A stretch of DNA of 63,922 bases, the filler included, from Octopus bimaculoides (lineage: Eukaryota): the NCBI RefSeq assembly GCF_001194135.2. It is 5 parts of 2 records of this genome, joined end to end, with 100 filler letters (N's around TTAATTAATTAA, not from the genome) between each part and the next. Parts side by side here need not be neighbours in the genome. Positions count along the whole stretch, not along the records: positions 16,681 to 43,062 come from NC_068983.1; positions 43,163 to 56,871 come from NC_068985.1; 3 more parts are not named here. The stretch is one strand, 5' to 3'. The position numbers were made by a program, and so were the translations under genes. Below the pieces are notes generated by a model. That model saw only the letters and a program-made list of their open reading frames with translations, made no database searches and was not told the origin of the DNA. Below are positions 34,536 to 48,169 of the stretch, piece by piece. The first letter of the stretch is position 1; each line of letters starts with the position of its first letter.

Positions 34536-34745
34536 TGCCAGACCAGCAAGGAGAAGCGGCTAACCTCCCCTGTTCGAAGGTTATAATGGACACAGATTCG
34601 TGTGTCACATAGCTAGCTAGAGGCGATGGCCTCTTGGAGCTAAGCAACGGAAGCATTCGTCCTATTTTTTGAAGTGCCATGTTGGCTTAGCGATAAATAT
34701 TAATATTACTAAAACAATTTAACCAGAAAAGTTTCCGAGTTGACA

Positions 34746-35625
34746 TACAGGGTATGATGGGTAAATTGTCACCATTTTATATTTTTAATTTTGCGCATAT
34801 GCATTGTTTGTTTTTGATTTTGTCGACTACGCAGTATAGCAGGGTTAGTTGGGTACCGTCTGTGAAAGAAAAACAGCGCCATGATGTAATTCACTCTGCC
34901 AGATATTGGGGAACGACTTGCTGACCTGCTTGGCATTCGTGTCAGAAGTGATAAAAATCGCGCCGGAAGTGACAAAATCGCACCGGACATGATAAAAACC
35001 ACGCCTAGAATGATAAAACTCAAACATCTAGTCAACATCGTGGTGTTTGAAGTGATCACCAATGATGGCGACGTTATATTTCCATTCATCTTCCCACATG
35101 GCCTCACACTCAACACGGAGACCTACATCAAGTACCCGGAGGAGGTAGTTCTGCCCTGGGTGAAGAGGGAGTATGTTGGAAGAACTTACGTCCGGCGACA
35201 GGACTTTGCACCTTGCCACACAAGCAGGAAAACCGAGTCATGACTGTCAGACAATTCCTGCGACCACATCACCCCTAACATCTGGCCACTTAGCTCTCCA
35301 AACTGTAACTCCTTTGATTATTGTGTGTGGGGTGCAGTTGAGCGAGAGATCATTAAAATTTCTTGTAACACCAGATGAACTGAAGGCAAGGATTATGGCA
35401 GCATTCAGCAACTTAAACAAAGAGACTGTCCAGAAGAGTTGCAGAAGATTCCGAAGTCGTCTGGAGGCCGTGGTTAAAGTCAATGGCGATTTTATTGAAT
35501 AAATTTACTCTAGAATTTCAAGATATTTTTATGTAATTTTGGTAAATATATCTGTTAATATGAGAGGCTAATTTTATTTTCATTTTTGTGTAATTTAGAT
35601 GACCGTTTATTCATCGCACCCTATA
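34746..35625 (+). mobile_element. Internally deleted DD37D (maT-type) Tc1/mariner-superfamily element
   Basis: KHLVNIVVFEVITNDG..., QDFAPCH followed by exactly 37 codons (one a stop) to the next D of SFDYCVWG; ends RLEAVVKVNGDFIE*; imperfect 28-bp TIRs (20/28) bounded by TA at 34746 and 35624. Confidence 0.85.
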
Positions 35626-35753
35626 TATCACAAAGACAAAAATTTACGAAGTATGTGGACGATCTTTGTTGGATCTGTCTTTTGTATTTCGTAGAGGCTA
35701 AGTTTAACGGATATGCTTTCTAAAAACTTTTGAACTTCTTTCTTTATGACACC

Positions 35754-35834
35754 TAAGAGGGGTGCTGAGAAATTCCTGGCCTTAAAGGTATCGCGAAAGG
35801 CCTGGCTGAATGACCAACCTTCCGAGTTCTTTTA
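35754..35834 (+). mobile_element. 5' end of a mariner-type MITE
   Basis: TAAGAGGGGTGCTGAGAAATTCCTGGC resembles TACGAGGGG.. mariner TIRs; truncated by (AAC)n. Confidence 0.45.
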
Positions 35835-37530
35835 TGACAACAACAACAACAGTAACAACAACAACAATGATGTTAACAATAAATGAAAGCTGAAAGCTAG
35901 GTTTCGTTTTGCATATCATAACGCAGGTCATTCACTACGAATTTCTAAATGCAAACACTTCTTGGATTGCATCAATTCAATTTGTGTTAGTAGACAGATT
36001 TTCTAATTCCTAACATGAAAAAATTTAAAATAAAAATAGAAGGAAAATACTAGATGAACTTCGTACATGCAAAATCAATATTCTTCTGAATCCAGTACAC
36101 ACACTATAGAGCTATCATACACACACTCACACACTAACACACTCACACACACACACACACACGCACACACACATGCACCTACATCACGGGGTTACATACA
36201 TATACGCATACAATTATGCGTACGTATTTGCACACACTCTCACACACACGTCTGTATGCATATACACGTGTGCGTTACATGCTCATATGCATAAAATTAT
36301 GTGCATTTAATTATACACAATATAGTTAACATACACACACACTCACACATACACACAAATACACACTCACACACACACACGCACGTGCAAACATATACAT
36401 ATACATCAGTGTATTACATACATATACGCATATAAATATGCGTATGTATTTGCACACACTACGGAGGCATCATACACGCACACATACACACATACACGCA
36501 CTCACACACATGTATATATACATACACACATGTTTTGTTACATGTTCATATGCATACAGTTATATGTATATAATTACACACACTATAGAGCTATCACCCC
36601 CCCCCCCNNNNNNNNNNNNCACACACACTCACACACACACTCACACACACACACACACAAACCATTCTCTGATGTTGTAGTTTGGGGAGTAATCCGTCCA
36701 TTTCCTATAGGAATTAGATCATCTTTGCTATAATATTCCCCATCACGCGATGTTGCTATAATTTCGGAAGGAAACATCATCTTTCGTCTCGAGGCGAACT
36801 TCTTTGATTAGATATCTACTTTGTAGTTAGCCATTTAGTTATTTGGCCAATGGAGATAGAGAAATCAGGAATTTAAAAGGAATGCCAAAGCAAGACTTCG
36901 TAAACTGACAAGCAAACTATTATCTGAAATAAAAATAATCCGTTGGATGGAGAAAGTTGATTGTTATTATGTGTAGGATATCGAAAAATTGCCAGTTGTC
37001 TGGTTGTAGAATTATAAACCCAAACACTCTGATGTAATCCGCCTTTTACACAGGAAATATTTCGTACGAATGAATTGATACGTGTAAGAAAGTGAACGCA
37101 TATCTACCACACACACACACACGACAGACACACTTATACATACAGAGAAGCAATCGCCGATAGTTACACACGGACAGACTAGTGCACAAGCGTGCAAATA
37201 TTTATATATCTCTCATTCATTCTTAGTAGATGTTTTCTCTTCTCTTTGCATCTATTCAGTGATCTTTTGTTTTCTGTCTCTACCTCGTCATCAGAAATTC
37301 CTCATTTTCTTTTCTTTATCTTTCTCCATTTATATATTTTTGTTTATAGCTGCCTGTCTATCGATCACTTTCTAGGTTTTTGTGAGTACACGTTATGGTA
37401 GCTTGTACACACAAATACGCACATATATATGAATATAAATACACACACGCACACACACGCACACACACGCACACACATACACACGCACACACACACACAC
37501 ACACACACACGCATATATATATATGTAGGT

Positions 37531-37686
37531 ACAGGCGTGGCTGTGTGGTAAAGAAGCTTGCTTCCAAACTTCATGGTTCCGGGTTTAACCCCAGTGCGTA
37601 TAATCTTGGGCAAGTATCCTGACCATCGAGCTGACCATAGCCTTGTGAGTGGATTTGGTAGACGGAAACTGAAAGAAGCCCGCTGT
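37531..37686 (+). mobile_element. Family A head
   Basis: GGCGTGGCTGTGTGGTAAAGAAGCTTGC...GGATTTGGTAGACGGAAACTGAAAGAAGCCCG, followed by (TA)n. Confidence 0.85.
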
Positions 37687-37884
37687 ATTATATATATATA
37701 TATAAATATATATATATATTAAATTAAAGAATACGATAAGATCTTTATAAGAATTTATCAAGTGGTTAGCGTGAAAAAAAACTCATAAGGGAAAAATCCA
37801 TCATTTATTCCTTATAAATATATTTAATTATATAAGGGCATTACTATGCTTAGATGCCTCACGCTAAGAGGGACTCTACATATG

Positions 37885-37917
<33 letters not shown>

Positions 37918-38700
37918 CCATGTATGTATATTTGTACAAGTATGTGTGCATGTATGCATGCACACGTACAACGTTTATCGGTAATGTTTTTGTTGATAAA
38001 TATTAATGGAATGTAGCCATGCACACAATTTTTACGTGAAACCTTCACCTATTTGACAACTATTCACAATATAAAAACACTAAGTTCATCCTACTCTCCT
38101 TTCACCTGTGGCGTTCAGTTGAAGGTCTCGATACTTGTGGCCGTCTCTAAGTCCATTTTTCTCTCACAGAGTAGTTGAAGAGGTCTAGAACGACTCATTA
38201 ATTTGGTAGGAGAGAATTAGAAGCTGACAATTTGGAACGGTTGAAAGGATATTCAACCTGTTTTGATGGCAGTACTGTTTGATACCGGACGCAAGCACGC
38301 ACATGTATAAATATCCATGTACAGCTGGAAAAAGTGAGAAAGTGAGAGGGGGAGAAAGAGGGGTGGAGAGAGAGAGAGAGATAGAGAGAGAGAGAGATAG
38401 AGAGACAGTGAGACATTACAATTTATTAAGTGAATACGACTGACAATCAATTCCCTGCTGTTCATCCATACAAGGAAATATTGTCAAACATATAAACCCG
38501 GAGGGGTAGAGAGAAAAAGACAGGAAGGGAATGAGAGAAACAGTAAAAGATTTGATGTCAACTAAACCGGCGTCTAGTCAGTTATCACAAATAAGAGGTG
38601 CCAAATCAGCTACGCCAAAGCGTCTCATGTCCTCCTTAACTGCATTTATTTTGTTATATTTTACTACGATAGCCTAGCCATCAGCAATTCAATCATTCAT

Positions 38701-38771
<71 letters not shown>

Positions 38772-39419
38772 ATTTAAATAATGAGGGTGATAAATTGAAT
38801 ATTAATTTAATTAACATCAGTTTAAAACCAATTTCCTAGCATATAGAAAAATCTGAAAATTCAAGAAGATTGTATTACATACGTATANNNNNNNNNNNNN
38901 NNNNNNNNNNNNNNNNNNNNNNNNNNNNNNNNNNNNNNNNNNNNNNNNNNNNNNNNNNNNNNNNNNNNNNNNNNNNNNNNNNNNNNNNNNNNNNNNNNNN
39001 NNNNNNNNNNNNNNNNNNNNNNNNNNNNNNNNNNNNNNNNNNNNNNNNNNNNNNNNNNNNNNNNNNNNNNNNNNNNNNNNNNNNNNNNNNNNNNNNNNNN
39101 NNNNNNNNNNNNNNNNNNNNNNNNNNNNNNNNNNNNNNNNNNNNNNNNNNNNNNNNNNNNNNNNNNNNNNNNNNNNNNNNNNNNNNNNNNNNNNNNNNNN
39201 NNNNNNNNNNNNNNNNNNNNNNNNNNNNNNNNNNNNNNNNNNNNNNNNNNNNNNNNNNNNNNNNNNNNNNNNNNNNNNNNNNNNNNNNNNNNNNNNNNNN
39301 NNNNNNNNNNNNNNNNNNNNNNNNNNNNNNNNNNNNNNNNNNNNNNNNNNNNNNNNNNNNNNNNNNNNNNNNNNNNNNNNNNNNNNNNNNNNNNNNNNNN
39401 NNNNNNNNNNNNNNNNNNN

Positions 39420-39454
<35 letters not shown>

Positions 39455-41392
39455 TTTGTGTATATGTATGGAGTATAGACTCATCGTTTACTGATTGCCA
39501 ACGTCCCTCCTCCACATATACAGGTTAACGACCAACTAATATTGAACTAGGCTTCACTCTCCTCCGTTAAGAAAACTCTCTTGCATACAGTCATAAATCA
39601 ACACACACACACGCACGTACACACACAAACACATACACACACGCACTTTTATATGCTTTTTGTTTAAATTGTATACATTTAAATACTGTTTTCCCTTTAG
39701 TCACAAGGCAAGAATTGGGAGGGAAAGTTGTTAATCGATATCATGAACATCAGAAATTTATCGGTATTTATTTTATTGGCACAGGAAGAAAGACGAAAGG
39801 TATTTAATTTAACCGCGATGGGTTTTGAACGGGATCAGAACGTAAAGAGTTGGAACAAATATCACGAAACATTTTTGCCGACACCTAACGATTTTACCAG
39901 CTCACAGCGTTGTATGTATCCATATACAAAGTCATTTTTCATTGGTTATATTTTGAAACGTTGAAACTTCGTCGGAAATGTTTTTTTTTTTTTTTACAGC
40001 TTTCCTCGCCACTCTTCTATGGCTGTCTCCGTTTCCTTCTCTCCGTCTCTTTCTTATTAAATAATTAAAAATAATTGAAAACGATATCTTTTAATACATT
40101 CAATATTTAACATTTATCTTTCCTGTAATCACAGTCAGACGGTTTCAAAAATTGCATTTCCCATCACTGAGATGGCGTTCAAAGAAATAAATGAAAAATA
40201 TTTCAAAGTGTTTATGAAAGAACATTTGAAACGATTGATGGATTTCTTCCTTTTCCTTGCTAGATAAAAGTCTCCAAATAAGCATTTGGAGACGTTTAAA
40301 GAACTCTGATAAAGTTTTTGGTGCATTTGACAGGAAGCTAATTCTACAANNNNNNNNNNNNNNNNNNNNNNNNNNNNNNNNNNNNNNNNNNNNNNNNNNN
40401 NNNNNNNNNNNNNNNNNNNNNNNNNNNNNNNNNNNNNNNNNNNNNNNNNNNNNNNNNNNNNNNNNNNNNNNNNNNNNNNNNNNNNNNNNNNNNNNNNNNN
40501 NNNNNNNNNNNNNNNNNNNNNNNNNNNNNNNNNNNNNNNNNNNNNNNNNNNNNNNNNNNATTTTCCTCATTCGAAGGCAGACCGTCTTATCGTTCAGTTT
40601 TCTTCGTGTTTTAATTTTCTTTTTCACATTTTCGAGATAAATGCTAAATATTAAATAACGTGAAAAATAAAATACCGTCTTTAATTTTTATCAAAATTAT
40701 GTTATACGAAAGAGGAAGATCAATATAGACCATTTGCAACAACGAATTTTTTTTTTAACAAGAAACACAAAACACAAAAACACAAACATACAAACAATCA
40801 ATCAACCAAGTAGGAATGATTTTTAAATGGTGTTGAGTGATGCTTGTGGTGTCTGCAAACAGCACAAAACAGCAATTTTCTTTTTTTATGTATATATGTG
40901 TGTGCTGTAATCGAATAACTGTGGCGTTTAAGAAATGTCATTTTAACTAACATGTAGAGCGGTCAAAATACACCATTCGCGAGAGAATTTATATCAGATC
41001 CGAGTGATAGTTCTCTTTCCTTAAACATGGTAAATGTGATTGTTAAATTTCTGAAATCACGGTCAAAGAAATTCAAGACAAATAGACGCGTAGGAAGCCA
41101 TAACCACAATAGTCACCTTCCCACGCAGGCAGGTGTTTCAGCTTAATATATTTCTGTTTTTACGACATATTTCTGTTCCTCATTATGCGTGGGTGTATGT
41201 GTGTCTACATGTAAATATAAAACGGAGAGAAATAAATGTGCATAAATATGCATACATATACACGCACACACACCAACACGCACATACATGCATACACACG
41301 TACAAACATGCATACATACATACATACATACGTACATATCTACATATACAAATACAAGCATATTCGCATAGGTGCACACACATAAATCTCTG

Positions 41393-41426
<34 letters not shown>

Positions 41427-41433
41427 AGTCTTT

Positions 41434-41493
<60 letters not shown>

Positions 41494-42402
41494 NNNNNNN
41501 NNNNNNNNNNNNNNNNNNNNNNNNNNNNNNNNNNNNNNNNNNNNNNNNNNNNNNNNNNNNNNNNNNNNNNNNNNNNNNNNNNNNNNNNNNNNNNNNNNNN
41601 NNNNNNNNNNNNNNNNNNNNNNNNNNNNNNNNNNNNNNNNNNNNNNNNNNNNNNNNNNNNNNNNNNNNNNNNNNNNNNNNNNNNNNNNNNNNNNNNNNNN
41701 NNNNNNNNNNNNNNNNNNNNNNNNNNNNNNNNNNNNNNNNNNNNNNNNNNNNNNNNNNNNNNNNNNNNNNNNNNNNNNNNNNNNNNNNNNNNNNNNNNNN
41801 NNNNNNNNNNNNNNNNNNNNNNNNNNNNNNNNNNNNNNNNNNNNNNNNNNNNNNNNNNNNNNNNNNNNNNNNNNNNNNNNNNNNNNNNNNNNNNNNNNNN
41901 NNNNNNNNNNNNNNNNNNNNNNNNNNNNNNNNNNNNNNNNNNNNNNNNNNNNNNNNNNNNNNNNNNNNNNNNNNNNNNNNNNNNNNNNNNNNNNNNNNNN
42001 NNNNNNNNNNNNNNNNNNNNNNNNNNNNNNNNNNNNNNNNNNNNNNNNNNNNNNNNNNNNNNNNNNNNNNNNNNNNNNNNNNNNNNNNNNNNNNNNNNNN
42101 NNNNNNNNNNNNNNNNNNNNNNNNNNNNNNNNNNNNNNNNNNNNNNNNNNNNNNNNNNNNNNNNNNNNNNNNNNNNNNNNNNNNNNNNNNNNNNNNNNNN
42201 NNNNNNNNNNNNNNNNNNNNNNNNNNNNNNNNNNNNNNNNNNNNNNNNNNNNNNNNNNNNNNNNNNNNNNNNNNNNNNNNNNNNNNNNNNNNNNNNNNNN
42301 NNNNNNNNNNNNNNNNNNNNNNNNNNNNNNNNNNNNNNNNNNNNNNNNNNNNNNNNNNNNNNNNNNNNNNNNNNNNNNNNNNNNNNNNNNNNNNNNNNNN
42401 NN

Positions 42403-42459
<57 letters not shown>

Positions 42460-42869
42460 ATACACACGCATACTTATACGCAGAAACCATCTGAATATGT
42501 CTCCATACTTACGCAGTTTAGTTATCTAAATAAAACCTGCTGCAGGTTGTAGAGATACGTGTGTTCATTGGTACGGCAATACACAAATACCTGCACGTCA
42601 TTTAAGCGTACACACGCCTACTTATCTCAGTACATTTGTAAAAGCAACTGTGAAACATGCTGCGCTCTTGCGGCCAAAAGCATATATTATAATAAAATTA
42701 ATATATGTGTGTGTTTGTAAGTGTGTGTGCGCGCGAACGCGCATTACGTGGGATTTGTTGAAATGTATTCATCTATATGCCTGTATATTTTCTCTCTGTC
42801 TGTCTGTCTGTCTCTCCCTCTCTCTTTCTATCTCTCTATCTCTCGCTCTCTCTCTCTCTCTCTCTGTCC

Positions 42870-42965
<96 letters not shown>

Positions 42966-43062
42966 ATATTATATACGTGATGTGTGTGCTACATATATCT
43001 CATGAACACATTTTGTAATGTATATCTATTAATCTATCTGTATATATGTATATATATGTATA

Positions 43063-43162
43063 NNNNNNNNNNNNNNNNNNNNNNNNNNNNNNNNNNNNNN
43101 NNNNNNTTAATTAATTAANNNNNNNNNNNNNNNNNNNNNNNNNNNNNNNNNNNNNNNNNNNN
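43063..43162. other. Artificial scaffold linker
   Basis: 44 N + TTAATTAATTAA + 44 N. Confidence 0.95.
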
Positions 43163-44100
43163 TATATATATATATATATATATTCACAAGAACTGATGGT
43201 AACTCTATATCGTATTATTTGGAAGCTATTTTTCTTTCAACGTTTACGCTATGCCAGAAATGTCTGTAATCAGCCAAACGGTTCCAAAATTTCTCGGCAA
43301 ATTTTGGAACGAAGAGATAAAGTAGTGAATGTGAAATTGGTAAATATCTATATATCTGTTTAGGATGAGCAACAAAATAAAACGAGGAGTCAGAGGTGGA
43401 AGATGGGGGAATCGGTGAAACAGATGAAAAAGGAAAGAGAAAAATACCCCCAAAATACAAAGACAAAATACTCGTAAGAAATGAAAATAAAACATTTAGT
43501 GCCAAATTTCAAAGCGATGCTAACAATCAATATGTTTGGTTTCCTCTTTCTTTTATCGAATGTCTATATTTAAAACAGATTTGTTTATATAATTTTGTTA
43601 TTATTTGGAAACGGTTAACTTTGCACAAGTATTCTATTCTAAGAAAGTATTTCTCTAGTTACATAGATAAAAATTGCGAAACAAAAATGAATAAAAATGC
43701 AAACAAAGTATTAATAATGAACAAAACGAAATTTAAACAACAAAAACAACAAAGGATTATTTTGTCTGTGAAGTTTTATTTATCTTTTTTTATTTTATAT
43801 TTAATTATATTCTTAGAGGAGTATTCCATTTTCCCATTATAGAGGTAAAATAGGATTGTAATGGGAAATGACATTAGTGTCATATACATTATGTCAAAGT
43901 ATAACATTTGAAGATGTGTTGTGTATCCCTCGTTTTATGACTGGTATCGTTTTATGACTGGTGTACATTAGGAAAAAAATGAGATAAATTACCCCTTATA
44001 ATCCCACATCTTCATAAATTGTTTATTAAATGGCAACAAGAAAATGACCTCCTGTTCTACAATTCTGATAATGATTCTTAAACCATTATTTGTATTCACT

Positions 44101-44317
44101 GGTAAGACGGCAAACTGAGAGAAACGCTAGAGCGCCGGACAAAATGCTTAGTGGCATTTCTTCCGGCTTTACTTCTGAGTTCAAGTTCAAATTCCGCTCT
44201 GGACTACTTTACATTTCATTCTTTCTTTCGGGGTCGATCAAATAAATACCAGTTAAACACTGGGATTGATGTAATTGACTAATCCCCTCCACCAAATTTC
44301 CAGACAGTGTGGCTATG
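44101..44317 (+). mobile_element. Family B copy
   Basis: AAAATGCTTAGTGGCATTTC...TTCAAATTCCGC...TTTCGGGGTCGAT..AAATACCAGTT...GATGTAATTGACT. Confidence 0.8.
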
Positions 44318-45086
44318 TAATTGTATTCGATGTTAAACCTTGTGGCACCTTGAAATCATTAAAATTTTTGATATCTTTAGTATCATCCAGTGAAGTTTAT
44401 TTAGATTCATGATAGAATAACTATTGATAGAAGAAATAGATCTATCCATATTACTCGACGTTTTGAGTTTTACATCCCATAATATTTGTATCTAGTAAAT
44501 ATATATTTTTGTAAAATATTCAATTTATGTGTGTATGTATGTATGTATATCTCTTCTATTCTTTATTATTATAAATCTTTCACTGGGGAAGGAGCCGGTT
44601 TCTAACAAAGATACAAGACTCCATCTTTGAGATGTAGCTAACACAGACAAATTCACATTTGGAACTTGAGAAAAGTCTTGCGTATTTCTACTGTTCCACT
44701 CACAGATTGCACTTGTAATGTATGAATTAGCTGGTCGATTTTCCTTTCTGAAAATCCCAGTTTATCCAGATTCTCCTTTAAGCATTTATTAACAAAACGT
44801 TATGAGAAGGTCACTTTGAGATGAAAACGGATATGCAAGGAATGACACTGGACATCTTGGGGGTTTTCAGCTTGCATTTGAGATCATTATGCTCCCACAT
44901 CCCTGAGCCTCCGACCCATAATGGCACTGGACATCTTGCTTAGTCTTGTCTCTGGTTCATAGCAATAGGGTGGAGAGGGTCGATGAGGTGTTGCGCAAGC
45001 CTTATTGGACCTAAAGTTTTGCACAGTCAAAGCTTTCTCAGTGATGGTCGTACTACGAATTGACAGCCATCATGTACACACACACA

Positions 45087-45123
<37 letters not shown>

Positions 45124-45909
45124 CAAGATTTTGTATACACAGCGATTCGCTAAATCATCATTTTTATGGTGAATACATATGTACTGACAGAGAATTAAGT
45201 CCAGAATCAGCCGAATGGAGCGGTACCTAGTGATGNNNNNNNNNNNNNNNNNNNNNNNNNNNNNNNNNNNNNNNNNNNNNNNNNNNNNNNNNNNNNNNNN
45301 NNNNNNNNNNNNNNNNNNNNNNNNNNNNNNNNNNNNNNNNNNNNNNNNNNNNNNNNNNNNNNNNNNNNNNNNNNNNNNNNNNNNNNNNNNNNNNNNNNNN
45401 NNNNNNNNNNNNNNNNNNNNNNNNNNNNNNNNNNNNNNNNNNNNNNNNNNNNNNNNNNNNNNNNNNNNNNNNNNNNNNNNNNNNNNNNNNNNNNNNNNNN
45501 NNNNNNNNNNNNNNNNNNNNNNNNNNNNNNNNNNNNNNNNNNNNNNNNNNNNNNNNNNNNNNNNNNNNNNNNNNNNNNNNNNNNNNNNNNNNNNNNNNNN
45601 NNNNNNNNNNNNNNNNNNNNNNNNNNNNNNNNNNNNNNNNNNNNNNNNNNNNNNNNNNNNNNNNNNNNNNNNNNNNNNNNNNNNNNNNNNNNNNNNNNNN
45701 NNNNNNNNNNNNNNNNNNNNNNNNNNNNNNNNNNNNNNNNNNNNNNNNNNNNNNNNNNNNNNNNNNNNNNNNNNNNNNNNNNNNNNNNNNNNNNNNNNNN
45801 NNNNNNNNNNNNNNNNNNNNNNNNNNNNNNNNNNNNNNNNNNNNNNNNNNNNNNNNNNNNNNNNNNNNNNNNNNNNNNNNNNNNNNNNNNNNNNNNNNNN
45901 NNNNNNNNC

Positions 45910-45921
45910 TATCTATTTATC

Positions 45922-45952
<31 letters not shown>

Positions 45953-46041
45953 CTATCTATTTATCTATCTATCTATTTATCTATCTATCTATTTATCTAT
46001 CTATTTATCTATCTATCTATTTATCTATCTATCTATTTATC

Positions 46042-46101
<60 letters not shown>

Positions 46102-46115
46102 GATCTATCTATCAA
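45910..46115. repeat. (TATC/TATT)n microsatellite
   Basis: Directly visible next to a 674-N gap. Confidence 0.95.
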
Positions 46116-46877
46116 CCTATCTTTTTTGTACATATTGTATGCCAAAAAGTTAATTAAAGCGTCGTTGGCTAAAGTTTTCGAACAGACCAATCACCAGTTC
46201 AGTGCACGACTGAGTGTGTGTAACTAAAAGCAAAACAGTTATTGCAGAGTTTCTATCAAACAAGATTTCATTTGATCTGAGTAGTGAAAGCGTGACAGAA
46301 TTTTTAACTCTCTAAAACCTGTATTCAACAGTAATTTCCAATTTATCTTGATGCTAGAGGGAGATTTCAAATTACGTCTTTGGTCGTCCTTGGTCATTTC
46401 TCATGAAATACCACCCAGGTGGAATTCATAACAAGTTCACAGGGTTCTGAAAGTGATAAATTGAAGATATCCTTTGCATTATTCTTGGTGTTTTTAGCCA
46501 GTTTTAACCTCAGTTTCCAATTTGTCATACATTTCTGTTTTACATCTTTCCCTTTCTTTTCACTTGATCTCCATGATATTAGTAAGCATATACTGAAGCA
46601 TACTCACACACTCCATATAAAAACATATTCACACATTCATACATAGCTATGTGCATATAGAGACACGCCACTTCATGTCTAAGTCAATAAATATCTTACA
46701 GCAGTTTTATTCTGACATTTTCTAAAGGTCTTAAACCTTCTTGTAGTTTAATGTACCCAGTCACATGTCATTTTAGTTTTTATTTTGTTTCTGTCTTTTT
46801 TCATACATTTTCCTTATATCCTATGCTTTTAGGACTATCTCCTCTCGAAAATGTTTGTATCTGTGAATTGATACACG

Positions 46878-47997
46878 TTGGGTTGGCCAAAATCTCCGTT
46901 CCGTTTATGTCGACACTGAACTTCAAGCACTCTAATAAGTAGTTAACTTCAGCCTGTCTATTGTGTATTCTCACTCATTAGATACTTGACGTTTCAGCGT
47001 GGTTGGACGCCAACTCGTAAAGGAACATGTGTTTTATGTAATGAGGATCATCCAGAAAATGGAGAACCAAAACGAACATTACCGACACCTAATGCATCTT
47101 TTTTTTAAAACAAGAAGCCAAGAAAACGGAAGAAACCCGAAGGAAGATATGCACATTGTCTGGAACTGATGCAGTTACGGAACGTGTGTGGCAGATGCAG
47201 TTTTCAAGATTTAGACCGGGAAATTTTTGGCTTGAAGATGCGTCTTGCTCTGTCCAGTTAACTGAGATTAACAGCAACAAAATGAAGGAGTTAGTTGAAA
47301 ACAATCCCCGTTATATGATCGAGATGGTCGTAGATATTCTCAAAATATCCAAATCGAACGTTGAAAAACCATCTGCATCATCTTGCTTACTTCAGCAGGA
47401 TGTATGTTTCCGCCCCATACCAACTGAATGAAGCTAATCTTGCTCACCAGATTTTCATCTGCGATTAGTTGCAGAAACGTTAAGATAACGAGCTTTTTTG
47501 AAGAGAACAGTGTAGAACGAAAAACGGATCGTCTATAATAATGTGAAGTGCAAATGCACGCGAGGAACCAACAGCTTCCAAAGCAGGACTTCACCCGAAC
47601 TAGGTCATGCTTTTAATTTGGAAGGATGTTGTATTTTACGAGTTTCTTCTGTATGGGGAGCAGCGGGACAAATTAAACGCAGCGATCCACCAGAAGCGTT
47701 CAGCTGTTGCTAACTGTAAGGGCATTGAGTTCATCACGACAATGCCAGACAGCAAACATTCTTGAAGACTTGACAGAAATTACTGGAGCTTGGCTGGGAA
47801 GTTTTATTCCACATTCCACATTAGCCCAACGTCGAGCTTTTAGAATTTCACCTGTTTTGGTCTCTTCAAAATTCATTGAACAGACCCTGGAAGGGTATGC
47901 CGTTGGTAAAGACAGGAAATTCCTTCGGTTGGTAATAATGAATCTGCTCGTAAAATGGTAGAAAATACTGGAACGAAACAATAATTATTTCATTGAT
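46878..47997 (+). mobile_element. mariner element, near full-length, pseudogenised transposase
   Basis: Left TIR-like TTGGGTTGGCCAAAA; MENQNEHYRH, DAVTERVWQMQFSRFR, RIVYNNVK, KAGLHP, HHDNAR, LGWEVL, HLFWSLQNSL, ending KW*KILERNNNYFID; many stops and frameshifts. Confidence 0.85.
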
Positions 47998-48169
47998 ATA
48001 TATATATATATATATATATGATGGAGAAATTATACAAAATGTATATATAGATAATGAGTAAAGCAGGGGTACGGTTTCGATTACCTGTTGTTATCCGTAA
48101 ATTTATTGCAGGAAAATTGTAGTGGCGGTTGGGGTGACAGTATTAATAAAATAGGAGATGGAATGTGTA

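Noticed and set aside
36660-36800. Minus ORF MMFPSEIIATSRDGEYYSKDDLIPIGNG
   Set aside because: No polypyrimidine acceptor and no homology recognised; ends in a (GT)n run.
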